Assembly: GCA_015272515.1 (NCBI GenBank)
Contig: JACYLN010000024.1
Location: 78,073-142,072, forward strand
Reading direction: 5' to 3'
Source: Leptolyngbyaceae cyanobacterium C42_A2020_001
GTDB taxonomy: Bacteria > Cyanobacteriota > Cyanobacteriia > Leptolyngbyales > Leptolyngbyaceae
Length of the DNA: 64,000 nucleotides
The stretch's first letter is position 1, and each line of letters opens with the position of its first letter. Made by a program: the position numbers and the translations under genes. This document shows positions 1 to 9,586 of this stretch, one piece after another. A model generated the notes under the pieces. That model had not been told where the DNA came from, did not search any database, and saw only the letters and a list, made by a program, of their open reading frames with translations.

Positions 1-2110
1 TACTGTTACCGTCTTTAAAGTTCCGGGGGAAACCAACACGGATGATCTCTCGCCTGCCCCCCATGCCACCACCCGCCCCGATATTCCGCTGCACGCAACG
101 GTAATGCTGGAAACGCGGATGCCGGGGGGATTGCAAACGATCCAGGAACTCAAACAAAAGGGACATCCCATTGCCTATGTGGGTGATGTTGTGGGAACGG
201 GTTCTTCTCGGAAATCGGCGATCAACTCGGTGCTATGGCACATTGGTGAGGATATTCCGTTTGTGCCCAATAAGCGATCGAGTGGATTCATTTTGGGCGG
301 CAAAATTGCACCCATCTTCTTCAACACCGCTGAAGATTCCGGTGCTCTACCGATTGAATGCGATGTCACGAACCTGAATACGGGCGATGTGATCACCATT
401 CACCCCTACAAAGGTGAGATTACCAACGAAGCAGGCGATGTGATTTCTACCTTCACCCTCAAGCCCGACACCATCTTGGATGAAGTGCGGGCAGGCGGAC
501 GCATTCCCCTCCTGATTGGACGCACCCTTACCGATAAAACGCGCGCGCTCATGGGGCTTGAACCCAGTCCAGTATTTGCCCGTCCCACCTTACCTGCCGA
601 TACCGGGAAGGGCTTTACCCTGGCGCAAAAAATGGTAGGGAAAGCTTGCGGTCTGCCTGGTGTGCGCCCTGGCACCTACTGCGAACCTGTAATGACGACG
701 GTGGGTTCTCAAGATACTACCGGACCCATGACCCGCGACGAGTTGAAAGAACTGGCGTGCCTCGGTTTTGGTGCGGATCTGGTGATGCAAAGTTTTTGCC
801 ATACCGCCGCCTATCCCAAACCGGTAGATATTAAAACCCATCACGAATTGCCCGATTTCATTAACTCCCGTGGTGGGGTTTCCCTGCGTCCGGGGGATGG
901 GATTATTCACTCCTGGCTGAACCGGATGCTGTTGCCCGATACCGTGGGTACCGGGGGCGACTCGCATACCCGCTTTCCATTGGGGATTTCTTTTCCTGCT
1001 GGCTCCGGGTTGGTGGCGTTTGCGGCGGCACTGGGGGTGATGCCGCTGGATATGCCGGAATCGGTGCTGGTGCGGTTTAAGGGCAATCTGCAACCGGGCG
1101 TAACGCTGCGGGATATTGTCAATGCCATTCCCTATGTGGCCATTCAGGAAGGCAAGTTGACCGTTCAGAAGCAAAACAAAAAGAATGTCTTCTCTGGGCG
1201 GATTATGGAAATGGAAGGACTGCCAGACCTGAAACTGGAGCAGGCATTTGAGTTGACAGATGCTACGGCAGAGCGATCGTGTGCAGGCTGCACGATTAAG
1301 TTGGGTACTGAAACGGTGGCAGAATATCTGCGATCGAACATTGCCCTGCTGAAAAACATGGCAGCACGAGGCTATGGCGATGCGCGTACGATTTTGCGCC
1401 GCGTTGCCAAGATGGAACAATGGCTGGCGAATCCCACGCTGATGTCGGCTGACCCCGATGCGGAGTACAGCGATGTGATTGAAGTGGATCTGGATCAAAT
1501 TAAGGAACCGATTGTTGCTGCTCCCAACGATCCAGATAACATCAAACTCATGTCTGAGTGTGCCGGAGATCCGATCCACGAAGTCTTTATTGGTTCCTGC
1601 ATGACCAACATTGGCCATTACCGCGCTGCCGCGAAAGTGCTGGAAGGAGCGGGTCCGGTGAAGGTGCGCCTGTGGATTTGCCCACCCACCCGTATGGATG
1701 AGAAGCAATTGCGGGAAGAAGGCTATTACGGCATCTTTGCAGCATCGGGGGCGAGGACTGAAATGCCGGGCTGTTCGCTTTGTATGGGCAACCAGGCACG
1801 AGTAGCAGACGGGGTGACGGTGTTTTCGACCTCAACCCGCAACTTCAACAACCGCATGGGCAAGGATGCGAAGGTGTATCTGGGTTCGGCGGAGTTAGCA
1901 GCGGTGTGTGCTCTGTTGGGACGGATTCCCAGCGTGGACGAGTATATGGCGATCGTCACGAAGAAGATTGATCCCTTTGCAGGTGACCTCTATCGCTATC
2001 TCAACTTCGACCAGATTGCCGGATTTGAAGATGAAGGACGGGTGATTCCGCTGGAGCAGATGCCCCGAATTGAAGACATTCTGGGGATGCCTACGGCTGC
2101 TGGACGATAA
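1..2110 (+). CDS. acnB: Aconitate hydratase B (bifunctional aconitase/2-methylisocitrate dehydratase), 5' end outside window
   Basis: Frame is open from position 2 ([20 protein letters not shown]...). It contains the AcnB motifs [39 protein letters not shown] and CSLCMGNQ (Fe-S cysteines). Confidence 0.97.
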   Translation, partial: TVTVFKVPGETNTDDLSPAPHATTRPDIPLHATVMLETRMPGGLQTIQELKQKGHPIAYVGDVVGTGSSRKSAINSVLWHIGEDIPFVPNKRSSGFILGGKIAPIFFNTAEDSGALPIECDVTNLNTGDVITIHPYKGEITNEAGDVISTFTLKPDTILDEVRAGGRIPLLIGRTLTDKTRALMGLEPSPVFARPTLPADTGKGFTLAQKMVGKACGLPGVRPGTYCEPVMTTVGSQDTTGPMTRDELKELACLGFGADLVMQSFCHTAAYPKPVDIKTHHELPDFINSRGGVSLRPGDGIIHSWLNRMLLPDTVGTGGDSHTRFPLGISFPAGSGLVAFAAALGVMPLDMPESVLVRFKGNLQPGVTLRDIVNAIPYVAIQEGKLTVQKQNKKNVFSGRIMEMEGLPDLKLEQAFELTDATAERSCAGCTIKLGTETVAEYLRSNIALLKNMAARGYGDARTILRRVAKMEQWLANPTLMSADPDAEYSDVIEVDLDQIKEPIVAAPNDPDNIKLMSECAGDPIHEVFIGSCMTNIGHYRAAAKVLEGAGPVKVRLWICPPTRMDEKQLREEGYYGIFAASGARTEMPGCSLCMGNQARVADGVTVFSTSTRNFNNRMGKDAKVYLGSAELAAVCALLGRIPSVDEYMAIVTKKIDPFAGDLYRYLNFDQIAGFEDEGRVIPLEQMPRIEDILGMPTAAGR

Positions 2111-2142
2111 CAGATAGGGTCGCGATCGCTAAATAGCTCTTG

Positions 2143-2173
2143 AACCTCCGAAGTTTCCAAAATTTCGGAGGTT
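2143..2173. terminator. Inverted repeat after acnB (terminator- or REP-like hairpin)
   Basis: AACCTCCGAA (2143-2152) pairs perfectly with TTCGGAGGTT (2164-2173). Confidence 0.5.
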
Positions 2174-2240
2174 TCACGTAAAGGTTTAATTCTTGCGATA
2201 ATGATCCCTGAATCATTAAAACGCTTTTGCATAAATCCGT

Positions 2241-3200
2241 ATGACTGCGACCGTTTCTGCTCCAACCTTCTCCTCTCGCGTCGTTAACGGCATTCTTGCC
2301 ATCAAACCGTTAGCCAACCTGGCAAAAAATCGAGCACGCCAGATGATGATCAAACGGGCAGACTCGATTGGAGTGCCCTGGCTGGCAGAAGTCGCTGCAC
2401 TGAAAGCACGAAACTGGAGCGAAGATCTGGCAGCGGTGCAAAATCCTAACCTGACCTATCCAAATTATTACGTAACCTCCTTTCACGCCTATGAAGAAGG
2501 TAATTTAGGCTGGGAACCTGCGCTAGAAGTGGAAGTGGCGGCTCATGCAGTTCATGCTCGGATCTGGCAAGAGGCGGGGGCGAATGGAGATTTGCAACTG
2601 CGGCAAAGTTATCACGCTTGCCTCAAGCCCCAACTCAAGACGGAGCCTCAAGATATTGTGGATTTGGGGTGTAGTGTGGGCATGAGCACCTTTGCCCTAC
2701 AAGCTGCTTTCCCCCATGCCAATCTGACTGGGGTGGATTTATCTCCTTACTTTTTGGCAGTGGCAAAGTACCGCACGGATATGCGGGCAGCAGGCAACGG
2801 CACGCGGCTGCAAGGAACGGATGCCACTGCTTCTATACCAACGTGGGTTCACGGGGCGGCGGAAGCGACCGGATTACCCGATGCCTCCTATGATCTGGTG
2901 TCGGCCTGCCTGCTGTTTCATGAGTTGCCCCAAACGGCAGCGATCGCGGTTTTCCAGGAAGCTCGTCGATTACTGCGTCCCGGTGGGTCCTTCGCCTTTA
3001 TGGATATGAACCCCCAGTCTGAAATCTATGCCAAAATGCCGCCCTACATTTTGACGCTGCTCAAAAGTACCGAACCCTATTTAGATCAATACTTTGCGCT
3101 GGATGTGGAACAGGCATTGATGGAGGCAGGCTTTGAGCGTCCCACCATTACGCCCAACAGTCCCCGCCATCGCACCGTAGTTGCCAGAGTCAAAGATTAG
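2241..3200 (+). CDS. Class I SAM-dependent methyltransferase
   Basis: Motif I IVDLGCSVG, LTGVDLS, and post-II motif YDLVSACLLFHE...LLRPGG. Confidence 0.9.
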   Translation: MTATVSAPTFSSRVVNGILAIKPLANLAKNRARQMMIKRADSIGVPWLAEVAALKARNWSEDLAAVQNPNLTYPNYYVTSFHAYEEGNLGWEPALEVEVAAHAVHARIWQEAGANGDLQLRQSYHACLKPQLKTEPQDIVDLGCSVGMSTFALQAAFPHANLTGVDLSPYFLAVAKYRTDMRAAGNGTRLQGTDATASIPTWVHGAAEATGLPDASYDLVSACLLFHELPQTAAIAVFQEARRLLRPGGSFAFMDMNPQSEIYAKMPPYILTLLKSTEPYLDQYFALDVEQALMEAGFERPTITPNSPRHRTVVARVKD

Positions 3201-3304
3201 AAAGGCTAAGGAATGTGAAAGGATTCGGGAGCTAGAAGCTGAGCGAGTGATGCTAGTAGGTGTTTTTGTGAATGCATTCATCGCCCCTTAGCAACCTGAA
3301 TTCT

Positions 3305-5449
3305 ATGCCATTCCTCAGAATTACCCAAACCACAAAGTTCAAAACCAGCACGGCAGATTCCTCTACATTGCCGCCTGCTCAAGCCATTGAAGTTCCGGCT
3401 GGAACCAGCTTTAACCTTAAAAGTTATGCGGATGCCGGAGCGAACCATTATCGAATACAGTTGGCTGGTAAGCTGGGCGATCGCGACACCTGGCACGTCT
3501 ATCAACTGCATGTGCAAATCACTGCCGATAGCGCGATCGATTCCAGCCAATCGGGTCCCGCGGCGGCGGTATCGTTGCGGAAATTTCTTTCGACTGTGGG
3601 CAAGCTATCGCTGAGCGATCGCCAACTGCTGGTCGAGCAAGCCCTCGTACTGATGGAGCGCATCTACGTCCATCTCCCCCTCAAGAAAGCGATGCACGGT
3701 GTTGATCCAATTCAGCGCTTAAGGCTACTCCAGGCGAGATTGGCAGAAACCCCAGAAGCCCAAATGCCCAGCGAAGTCCAGTTTCACAACGAGATGACTG
3801 CCATCTTCACCTCCGTTCGTGACCTGCACACCAACTATTTACTGCCAGATCCCTTCAACCAAGCCACTGCGTTTCTGCCCTTCCAGGTGGAAGAATACTT
3901 CGAGAACAAACAACCCAAATATCTCGTTTCCAAAATCTTTGCTGGACTCAACCACCCCACCTTCAAACCCGGTGTGGAAGTACTGTCCTGGAACGGCACG
4001 CCGATCGCCCGCGAAGTAGAACTCAACGCTGATCGTCAGGCTGGTAGCAATATGCCCGCCCGTCTTGCCCGGGGATTGGAAGCCCTCACCATTCGTCCCC
4101 TACTCATCTCCCTGCCACCTTCCGAAGAATGGGTGATTGTCGGCTATCGCACTCCCGACGGCAAAGAGCAGGAAATTCGCCTGTACTGGCAAATCTTTAC
4201 CCCCCAGGCTTCCGCTAGCACTGTTGATCCCAATTCGCTCACGCTGCAAGCAACTGCCCTGGGGATGGATATTCAGGCAGATGCCACTCAGCAAGCCCGA
4301 AAAGTTCTATTTGCGCCCAACATCGTTGCCGCCGAACAGCGCTTTGCTCAAGCAGCTCGTTTGTCTGATGTTCCTGTACAAGGCTTAGATAGCCGGATGC
4401 CCGGAATTTTCCGTGCTCAAAAAGTGGATACACCCAGCGGCAGTTTTGGCTACATCCGCATCTTCAGCTTTAACGAAAACGATGTGGATGGCTTCGTCGC
4501 AGAATTTATTCGCCTCATTGAACTGCTGCCCCAAAATGGATTGATCATCGACGTGCGCGGCAACGGTGGCGGCGTGATTCTCAACGGTGAACGCATCCTG
4601 CAAGTGCTCACGCCTCGTGTGATTGAGCCGGAACGCACCGAGTTTATCAACACGCCCCTGACGCTGGAAATGGTGCGGCTGCATTCTGGCGATTCGCGTC
4701 CCTATCCTGACTTTGACCTGACTCCCTGGTTTGCCTCGATGAGTCAAGCGGTCAAAACGGGTGCCGTGTATTCTAGCGGTTATCCGATTACGGAAGTAGA
4801 GTCTGCGAACAACGTTGGGCAAAAGTATTGTGGTCCTGTGGTGTTGATTATTGATGCCCTTTGCTACAGCACTACCGATATCTTCGCGGCGGGTTTTCAG
4901 GATCACAAAATTGGTCCGGTTCTCGGTGCCAGCGACAATACGGGTGCGGGTGGTGCCAATGTTTGGACCCATGAACTGTTCCAGGCAGTGCTGGAAACAT
5001 CTTCCAACTCGCCGCTGAAGCCGTTGCCCAATGGTGCCAATATGCGGGCATCTGTGCGTCGCACCACACGGGTTGGGGAGCGAGCAGGAACGCCCGTGGA
5101 AGATTTGGGGGTTGTGCCCGATGAGCGGCATTACATGACCAAAGATGACTTGCTGAAAGGCAACGTGGATTTGATCAATCGGGCGGCTAGTATGCTCGCG
5201 AAGCTGCCAGTTTACACAATTTCAGTCAAGGTGAATTCTAAGTCTGGCAACACGCTCAATGCCACGGTGACCACGAAGAACCTATCGCGGTTGGATGTGT
5301 ATATTAACGATCGCCCCCAGCGATCGCTGGATGTAAAAGACGGCAACACCGAATTGCAACTTCCCCTGCCAACTGGAGCGACCAACCTGGAACTAAAAGG
5401 GTTTGCCGAAAATCGCCTGGTGGCATCTCGCCAAGTCAGCCTAACCTAA
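3305..5449 (+). CDS. S41-family peptidase with an N-terminal cyanobacterial SH3-like module
   Basis: S41 motifs GYIRIFSF, LIIDVRGNGGG, LCYSTTDIF (putative catalytic Ser), GAGGAN and EDLGVVPD. PDZ-like segment GVEVLSWNG. ATG 3305 preferred over 3272. Confidence 0.8.
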   Translation: MPFLRITQTTKFKTSTADSSTLPPAQAIEVPAGTSFNLKSYADAGANHYRIQLAGKLGDRDTWHVYQLHVQITADSAIDSSQSGPAAAVSLRKFLSTVGKLSLSDRQLLVEQALVLMERIYVHLPLKKAMHGVDPIQRLRLLQARLAETPEAQMPSEVQFHNEMTAIFTSVRDLHTNYLLPDPFNQATAFLPFQVEEYFENKQPKYLVSKIFAGLNHPTFKPGVEVLSWNGTPIAREVELNADRQAGSNMPARLARGLEALTIRPLLISLPPSEEWVIVGYRTPDGKEQEIRLYWQIFTPQASASTVDPNSLTLQATALGMDIQADATQQARKVLFAPNIVAAEQRFAQAARLSDVPVQGLDSRMPGIFRAQKVDTPSGSFGYIRIFSFNENDVDGFVAEFIRLIELLPQNGLIIDVRGNGGGVILNGERILQVLTPRVIEPERTEFINTPLTLEMVRLHSGDSRPYPDFDLTPWFASMSQAVKTGAVYSSGYPITEVESANNVGQKYCGPVVLIIDALCYSTTDIFAAGFQDHKIGPVLGASDNTGAGGANVWTHELFQAVLETSSNSPLKPLPNGANMRASVRRTTRVGERAGTPVEDLGVVPDERHYMTKDDLLKGNVDLINRAASMLAKLPVYTISVKVNSKSGNTLNATVTTKNLSRLDVYINDRPQRSLDVKDGNTELQLPLPTGATNLELKGFAENRLVASRQVSLT

Positions 5450-5571
5450 ATTTGGCAGATTTCTATGGCCGTAGCCGTGTGTAACGTGGCGAAGGCGAGT
5501 CAGAACGCTTACCCAGCATTGGCTTTGCAACCTTTCCTTGTCCTCAGCGTTCTGACCAAAGCTATAAAATC

Positions 5572-5629
5572 AAACCTCGGAGGTTGATGCCGCGATCGCG
5601 CCTTGTGAATCGATCAACCTTCGAGGGTT
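5572..5629. terminator. Imperfect inverted repeat enclosing a HIP1 site, between the converging S41 gene and tRNA
   Basis: AAACCTCGGAGGTTGAT ... ATCAACCTTCGAGGGTT, about 17-nt arms. Confidence 0.45.
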
Positions 5630-5645
5630 CCTCGTTTTGTAGAAA

Positions 5646-5726
5646 TGCGGATGGCGAGACTCGAACTCGCAAGGCAAAGCCACACGCCCCTCAAACGTGC
5701 GCGTATACCAATTCCGCCACATCCGC
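5646..5726 (-). tRNA. trnL: tRNA-Leu (anticodon GAG)
   Basis: Reverse complement is GCGGATGTGGCGGAATTGGTATACGCGCACGTTTGAGGGGCGTGTGGCTTTGCCTTGCGAGTTCGAGTCTCGCCATCCGCA. It has an acceptor stem, a D-loop GG, anticodon loop TTGAGGG, a long variable arm and a GTTCGAG T-loop. CCA is not encoded. Confidence 0.96.
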
Positions 5727-5865
5727 ATCTAGGGGTTACTTGAGACCATCATCCTAGCATTAAGTCTAAGACCAGATCCAAGCCCAATCTAGGATAGCAA
5801 AAAGAAACGACCGCATTACAGTTGGTTATCAACTTTTGTGTTTAAAGCCCTGTTCATCGGTGCTA

Positions 5866-7665
5866 CTAACCACAGGTATATTTTTGGTAGCGATAGCCAT
5901 CCACCGACAACAGCTTGGTTACAGGCACACAGCCCGCCTGGCTGAGAACCGCTTGAGAAAGGGGGTTTGCCTCACTGCGAAAGTTAACGCGCCAAATATC
6001 CAGGGGACGAGGAAGAGATTGCACGGTGCGTTGCAGCGTGGCGATCGCGGGTTGCGGATCTTGCCCTGGTATGTGGGCGAGGAGAAAGGTTGTCTGATTT
6101 GCTGCCGCTGGGTTGAGGCGGTGCAGTTCCCAGGCAATGCCCATTAATCGTCCCGTGTGCCCGTGGGTTTTGTGCGGAATGGCAACCAGCGCCGGATGCT
6201 GAAAATTGGCATGAATTGCTGCCGCCACCTTTTCTGGACGATGGGTGCGCTGATAGCCTAAATCGTTCGCAACGGTTATTCCCCCCAATAGGCTGAACAA
6301 CAGCACCCCCGCGATCGCCCACCTGCCATAGACCCATGCCAGCCCTAACTCTCCTGGCTTCTGACTTCTGACTTCTGCCTCCTGCCCAGGGGTTTCGCCA
6401 AACGCTTCTCTCACTCCTCTGCCTTCCACCTTCTGCCTTCCACCTTGCGCCAACGCCCCCCCAACCACCAGCACCACGGCTGGAAAGTAGAAAAACTGAT
6501 AGCGAAATACGCTGGCAAAATTCACCCCCAATCCAAAAGTAAGGAGTAGAGAAAGGGCGATCGCAGTTATCACAAATCCCCCCAGCAGCAATAACATGGA
6601 GCGAGTTTCAGGCTGTTGGGTTTGGTTTCTCCAACCTCGTACCAGTAGCGGCACTGTCCACGCCAGCAACAACACCAGCACCACTGCCGAGGTAATGATC
6701 ACGGGCAGCGGCACTTCTTGAACGGGTAGCAGATAGAGCATGGTAATCAATCCCGCAACAAACCGCAGCAGTTGGTCAATCCAGGTGGATTTATCGAATT
6801 CGCCTGTCTGAATCCAACGGGTGAGTTCAGTGCCGCGAATGCTGAGTAAGACGGGGAACCAGACCAGAGCGGAAGCCAGGGTGCCGAGGGCGACAAACAG
6901 GAGACGGGGGAGGGCGGAGGTGAGGGAGGTGAGGGAGAGGGGGGAGGTGAGGGAGATGGGGGAGGAAAAGAGAAAAAGCCAGAGGAGGAGGGCGATCGCG
7001 GCTGCGAACAGGGTTAGCAACACGAAGTAGTGAGTGGCGATACCCAATCCATTCACGCTGATCCATAGGCAGCAGAGCCAGAGGGGAATGCGGCGATTGG
7101 TTTGGATCAACTGTGCGACGGCGACCAGGCAACTGAGGGAAGCCAGAATCCACAGGATGGCGAGGGTGTAGTGGCGGGCTTCCTGTGCCAGATAAACGCC
7201 AAAAGGAGACACTGTCATCAGTGCGGCGGCAAGGTGGGCAGCAAGACGCGATCGCCAGGCAAGCCAACTCAGCCCAAAACTGGCAGGTACCGCTAATACG
7301 CCGCAAACCGCAGACAGCGCCCTTGCTGCCCAAACCGAGACAAATCCATCAATCGGGGAAAACAGCCGCAGCCAGAGATGGGACAGGACAAAATAAAGGG
7401 GTGGATGATTACTTTCACTCAGTAAGTGATGCACAACTGAAACAGGGGTTGCCTGGGAATTGGGCTGAAGCGGTTGTAACAGTTCGTTCAACGTTAGCCC
7501 CTGATCCAGCGGTACTGAAAGGAAGCTATTGCCCAGGCTAAAGACCAGTGTGGAGAATTCGTCAGCCCAAAGGGGTTTATCGGCAATGTGGGTGAATCGC
7601 AGGAAAGCCGCGATCGCCATCCAGATCAACAGCAAAGCAAAATGCATCAGATGCGTGAGACACAT
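5866..7665 (-). CDS. Polytopic membrane glycosyltransferase (GT-C fold, GT39/PMT-like)
   Basis: LWADEFST, NHPPLYF, and EARHY (EAR-x-Y) motifs with many transmembrane segments. The start may instead be 7647. Confidence 0.8.
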   Translation of the reverse strand: MCLTHLMHFALLLIWMAIAAFLRFTHIADKPLWADEFSTLVFSLGNSFLSVPLDQGLTLNELLQPLQPNSQATPVSVVHHLLSESNHPPLYFVLSHLWLRLFSPIDGFVSVWAARALSAVCGVLAVPASFGLSWLAWRSRLAAHLAAALMTVSPFGVYLAQEARHYTLAILWILASLSCLVAVAQLIQTNRRIPLWLCCLWISVNGLGIATHYFVLLTLFAAAIALLLWLFLFSSPISLTSPLSLTSLTSALPRLLFVALGTLASALVWFPVLLSIRGTELTRWIQTGEFDKSTWIDQLLRFVAGLITMLYLLPVQEVPLPVIITSAVVLVLLLAWTVPLLVRGWRNQTQQPETRSMLLLLGGFVITAIALSLLLTFGLGVNFASVFRYQFFYFPAVVLVVGGALAQGGRQKVEGRGVREAFGETPGQEAEVRSQKPGELGLAWVYGRWAIAGVLLFSLLGGITVANDLGYQRTHRPEKVAAAIHANFQHPALVAIPHKTHGHTGRLMGIAWELHRLNPAAANQTTFLLAHIPGQDPQPAIATLQRTVQSLPRPLDIWRVNFRSEANPLSQAVLSQAGCVPVTKLLSVDGYRYQKYTCG

Positions 7666-7735
7666 GGAGTTCAGAACTCATAGTATATTGGTGCGAACAG
7701 CAACCTCCAGTGGTGCGAACAGCAACCTCCAGCGA

Positions 7736-9544
7736 ATGATTTCCCTATCTCCTCCTCCACTGAATGTGATGCTGATTGAGAGCGATCCCCAGTTTCGTCA
7801 GGGATTTGCGCTGTGTCTTGAGCCGCATCCTGATGTGCAAGTTGTGCTGCAGGCAGATTCGGATAGGATGGCATTACGTCTTCTTCAGCAATGGCTGAAT
7901 CAGCATTCGGTAGACGCTACCGATCCATTTTCGCTCGACCTGATCGTTCTGAGTTTAGATTTGCCGCCTGCTGAGTCTGTTGCGATCGCCCTTTGCCGAG
8001 ATTTGTACCGTCAGTATCCCACCCTGCCCATTCTGACCATGAGCACCGAGGCTGATCCTGCACTTCTATCAGCCGTGTTTCAATCTGGAGCAATGGGCTA
8101 TTGCCGCAAAGACACCGTCACAACTGATCTGGTGCAGATCATGCGGCAGGTGGCAGCAGGCTACCCGTTTTGGGTGCAGGGCATGGAATCAGTATCTCAG
8201 GCGTTAGCGGTTGCCAGACCATCGCCCTCCCCACCCGTTGTTTCAACCTCAAGACCACTGGCAGGCGTTCGGCACAATTTGCGGCAATCCGGTTTAGCCC
8301 AAATCGATGCGGCGATCGCCCAAATCAATGCCCAACTCGCCAACCCTAACCTCCCCCTGCTCGACCAACTCTTCCTCACAGGTCGTCGGCGTGAATTGCG
8401 AGCCTCCCGCTGGCTAGTCAATCGCTTACTGACCACCACCCAAGAACGCTCAGGCTTAGAACCTCCCCCTCCCCTCCCTTCTTCTCCACCCCCACCTCCC
8501 TCACCTCCCCCCGAACCCCTCATCCTCCAGCCCGAAAGCACTGCCCTCCGCAGTATCCAAGCCTCCTTGTTTGACACCACCATTGCTAAACTTCACCTCG
8601 GTCTGCGAAACCTGACTAATATCCCCCTGGAAATCGATATTCTGCGCGAAGACCGGAAACAGGAGTTGTTGACTCTGGTGCTGCGAAAGCTGGAAGACGT
8701 TTTAGCGGAGTTGCGCTTCTCTCAGGTAGACGTAGCCCAACTCGCCGACAAGCGATCGCTGATTCTGCAAGATTTGTGGCAGGCAACCACTACCGAGTTT
8801 TTTGGACGCTACTACACCTTACCTTTAGCTGACTCGCCAACCGCGCAACTCCAGCAAACGCCGATTGAAATGGTGGATGTGCTGTTGCAAGACGCAGCCA
8901 TTGTGCAAGCAGAAATTTTGAGCAAAATCCCAATGGTGACGGATTTTCTGGCGCACTTGCTGTTTCAGGTACCGCTGATGGTGGACGAAATAGCCTATGC
9001 CGCTGGCACCGTGGAAGCGATGACGCAAATGGAGGCATTGCTGCAAAATCTAACGATTCAGGTGGGGAACGCGGTGATCCAACCCCTGCTGAATCGCTTT
9101 GGTAATGTAGTGACTGTGAAGCAAAATTTCTACGATCGCCGCCTGCTTTCCACCCGTGAAATTGAGCGCTTCCGCAACAACCTCTCCTGGAAATACCGGG
9201 TAGAGCGTTACTTCCAAGAACCCACCGCCATTTTTGAAAGTCGCTACAATCTGTTCGTATTGAGTGAATTGGGCATCGTCAAAACCTCCATCTACTCCCC
9301 CCGCAGTCAAGAGCTAGATACCCTATCAGGCTTAGGGTTAGCCGTGACGCTGACGTTAGAAGCCCGAGACGCGATCGCCCCTCGCCTCCGGTCTGCCATC
9401 TCTTTTGTGGGAACCGGCGTAGTTTATGTTCTCACAGAAGTGATTGGGCGCGGCATTGGCTTAATTGGGCGTGGCATCATCAAAGGCGTGGGGAACGTCG
9501 TTCAAGATACAAAATTTAGCCGCAATAGCCAGCGATGGCGATAA
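7736..9544 (+). CDS. DUF3685 / Ycf55-like protein with an N-terminal receiver-like domain
   Basis: N-terminal REC-like fold (VMLIESD...DLIVLSLDLP...GAMGYCRK), a Pro-rich linker, and C-terminal FYDRRLLSTREIERFRNNLSW and GRGIGLIGRGI motifs typical of DUF3685. Start chosen at ATG 7736. Confidence 0.82.
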   Translation: MISLSPPPLNVMLIESDPQFRQGFALCLEPHPDVQVVLQADSDRMALRLLQQWLNQHSVDATDPFSLDLIVLSLDLPPAESVAIALCRDLYRQYPTLPILTMSTEADPALLSAVFQSGAMGYCRKDTVTTDLVQIMRQVAAGYPFWVQGMESVSQALAVARPSPSPPVVSTSRPLAGVRHNLRQSGLAQIDAAIAQINAQLANPNLPLLDQLFLTGRRRELRASRWLVNRLLTTTQERSGLEPPPPLPSSPPPPPSPPPEPLILQPESTALRSIQASLFDTTIAKLHLGLRNLTNIPLEIDILREDRKQELLTLVLRKLEDVLAELRFSQVDVAQLADKRSLILQDLWQATTTEFFGRYYTLPLADSPTAQLQQTPIEMVDVLLQDAAIVQAEILSKIPMVTDFLAHLLFQVPLMVDEIAYAAGTVEAMTQMEALLQNLTIQVGNAVIQPLLNRFGNVVTVKQNFYDRRLLSTREIERFRNNLSWKYRVERYFQEPTAIFESRYNLFVLSELGIVKTSIYSPRSQELDTLSGLGLAVTLTLEARDAIAPRLRSAISFVGTGVVYVLTEVIGRGIGLIGRGIIKGVGNVVQDTKFSRNSQRWR

Positions 9545-9586
9545 ACTAAATAGTTCGGAAATCGGGAATCGAATGGTGAGGCACGT

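Noticed and set aside
590-1708. 372-aa ORF on the minus strand
   Set aside because: It is an antisense shadow of acnB with no recognisable motifs. The same applies to 4385-5131 and the many other short overlapping ORFs in the track.
3272-5726. Possible island integrated at the 3' end of tRNA-Leu
   Set aside because: No integrase, no duplicated tRNA 3' end (att site), and HIP1 sites are present in the S41 gene.
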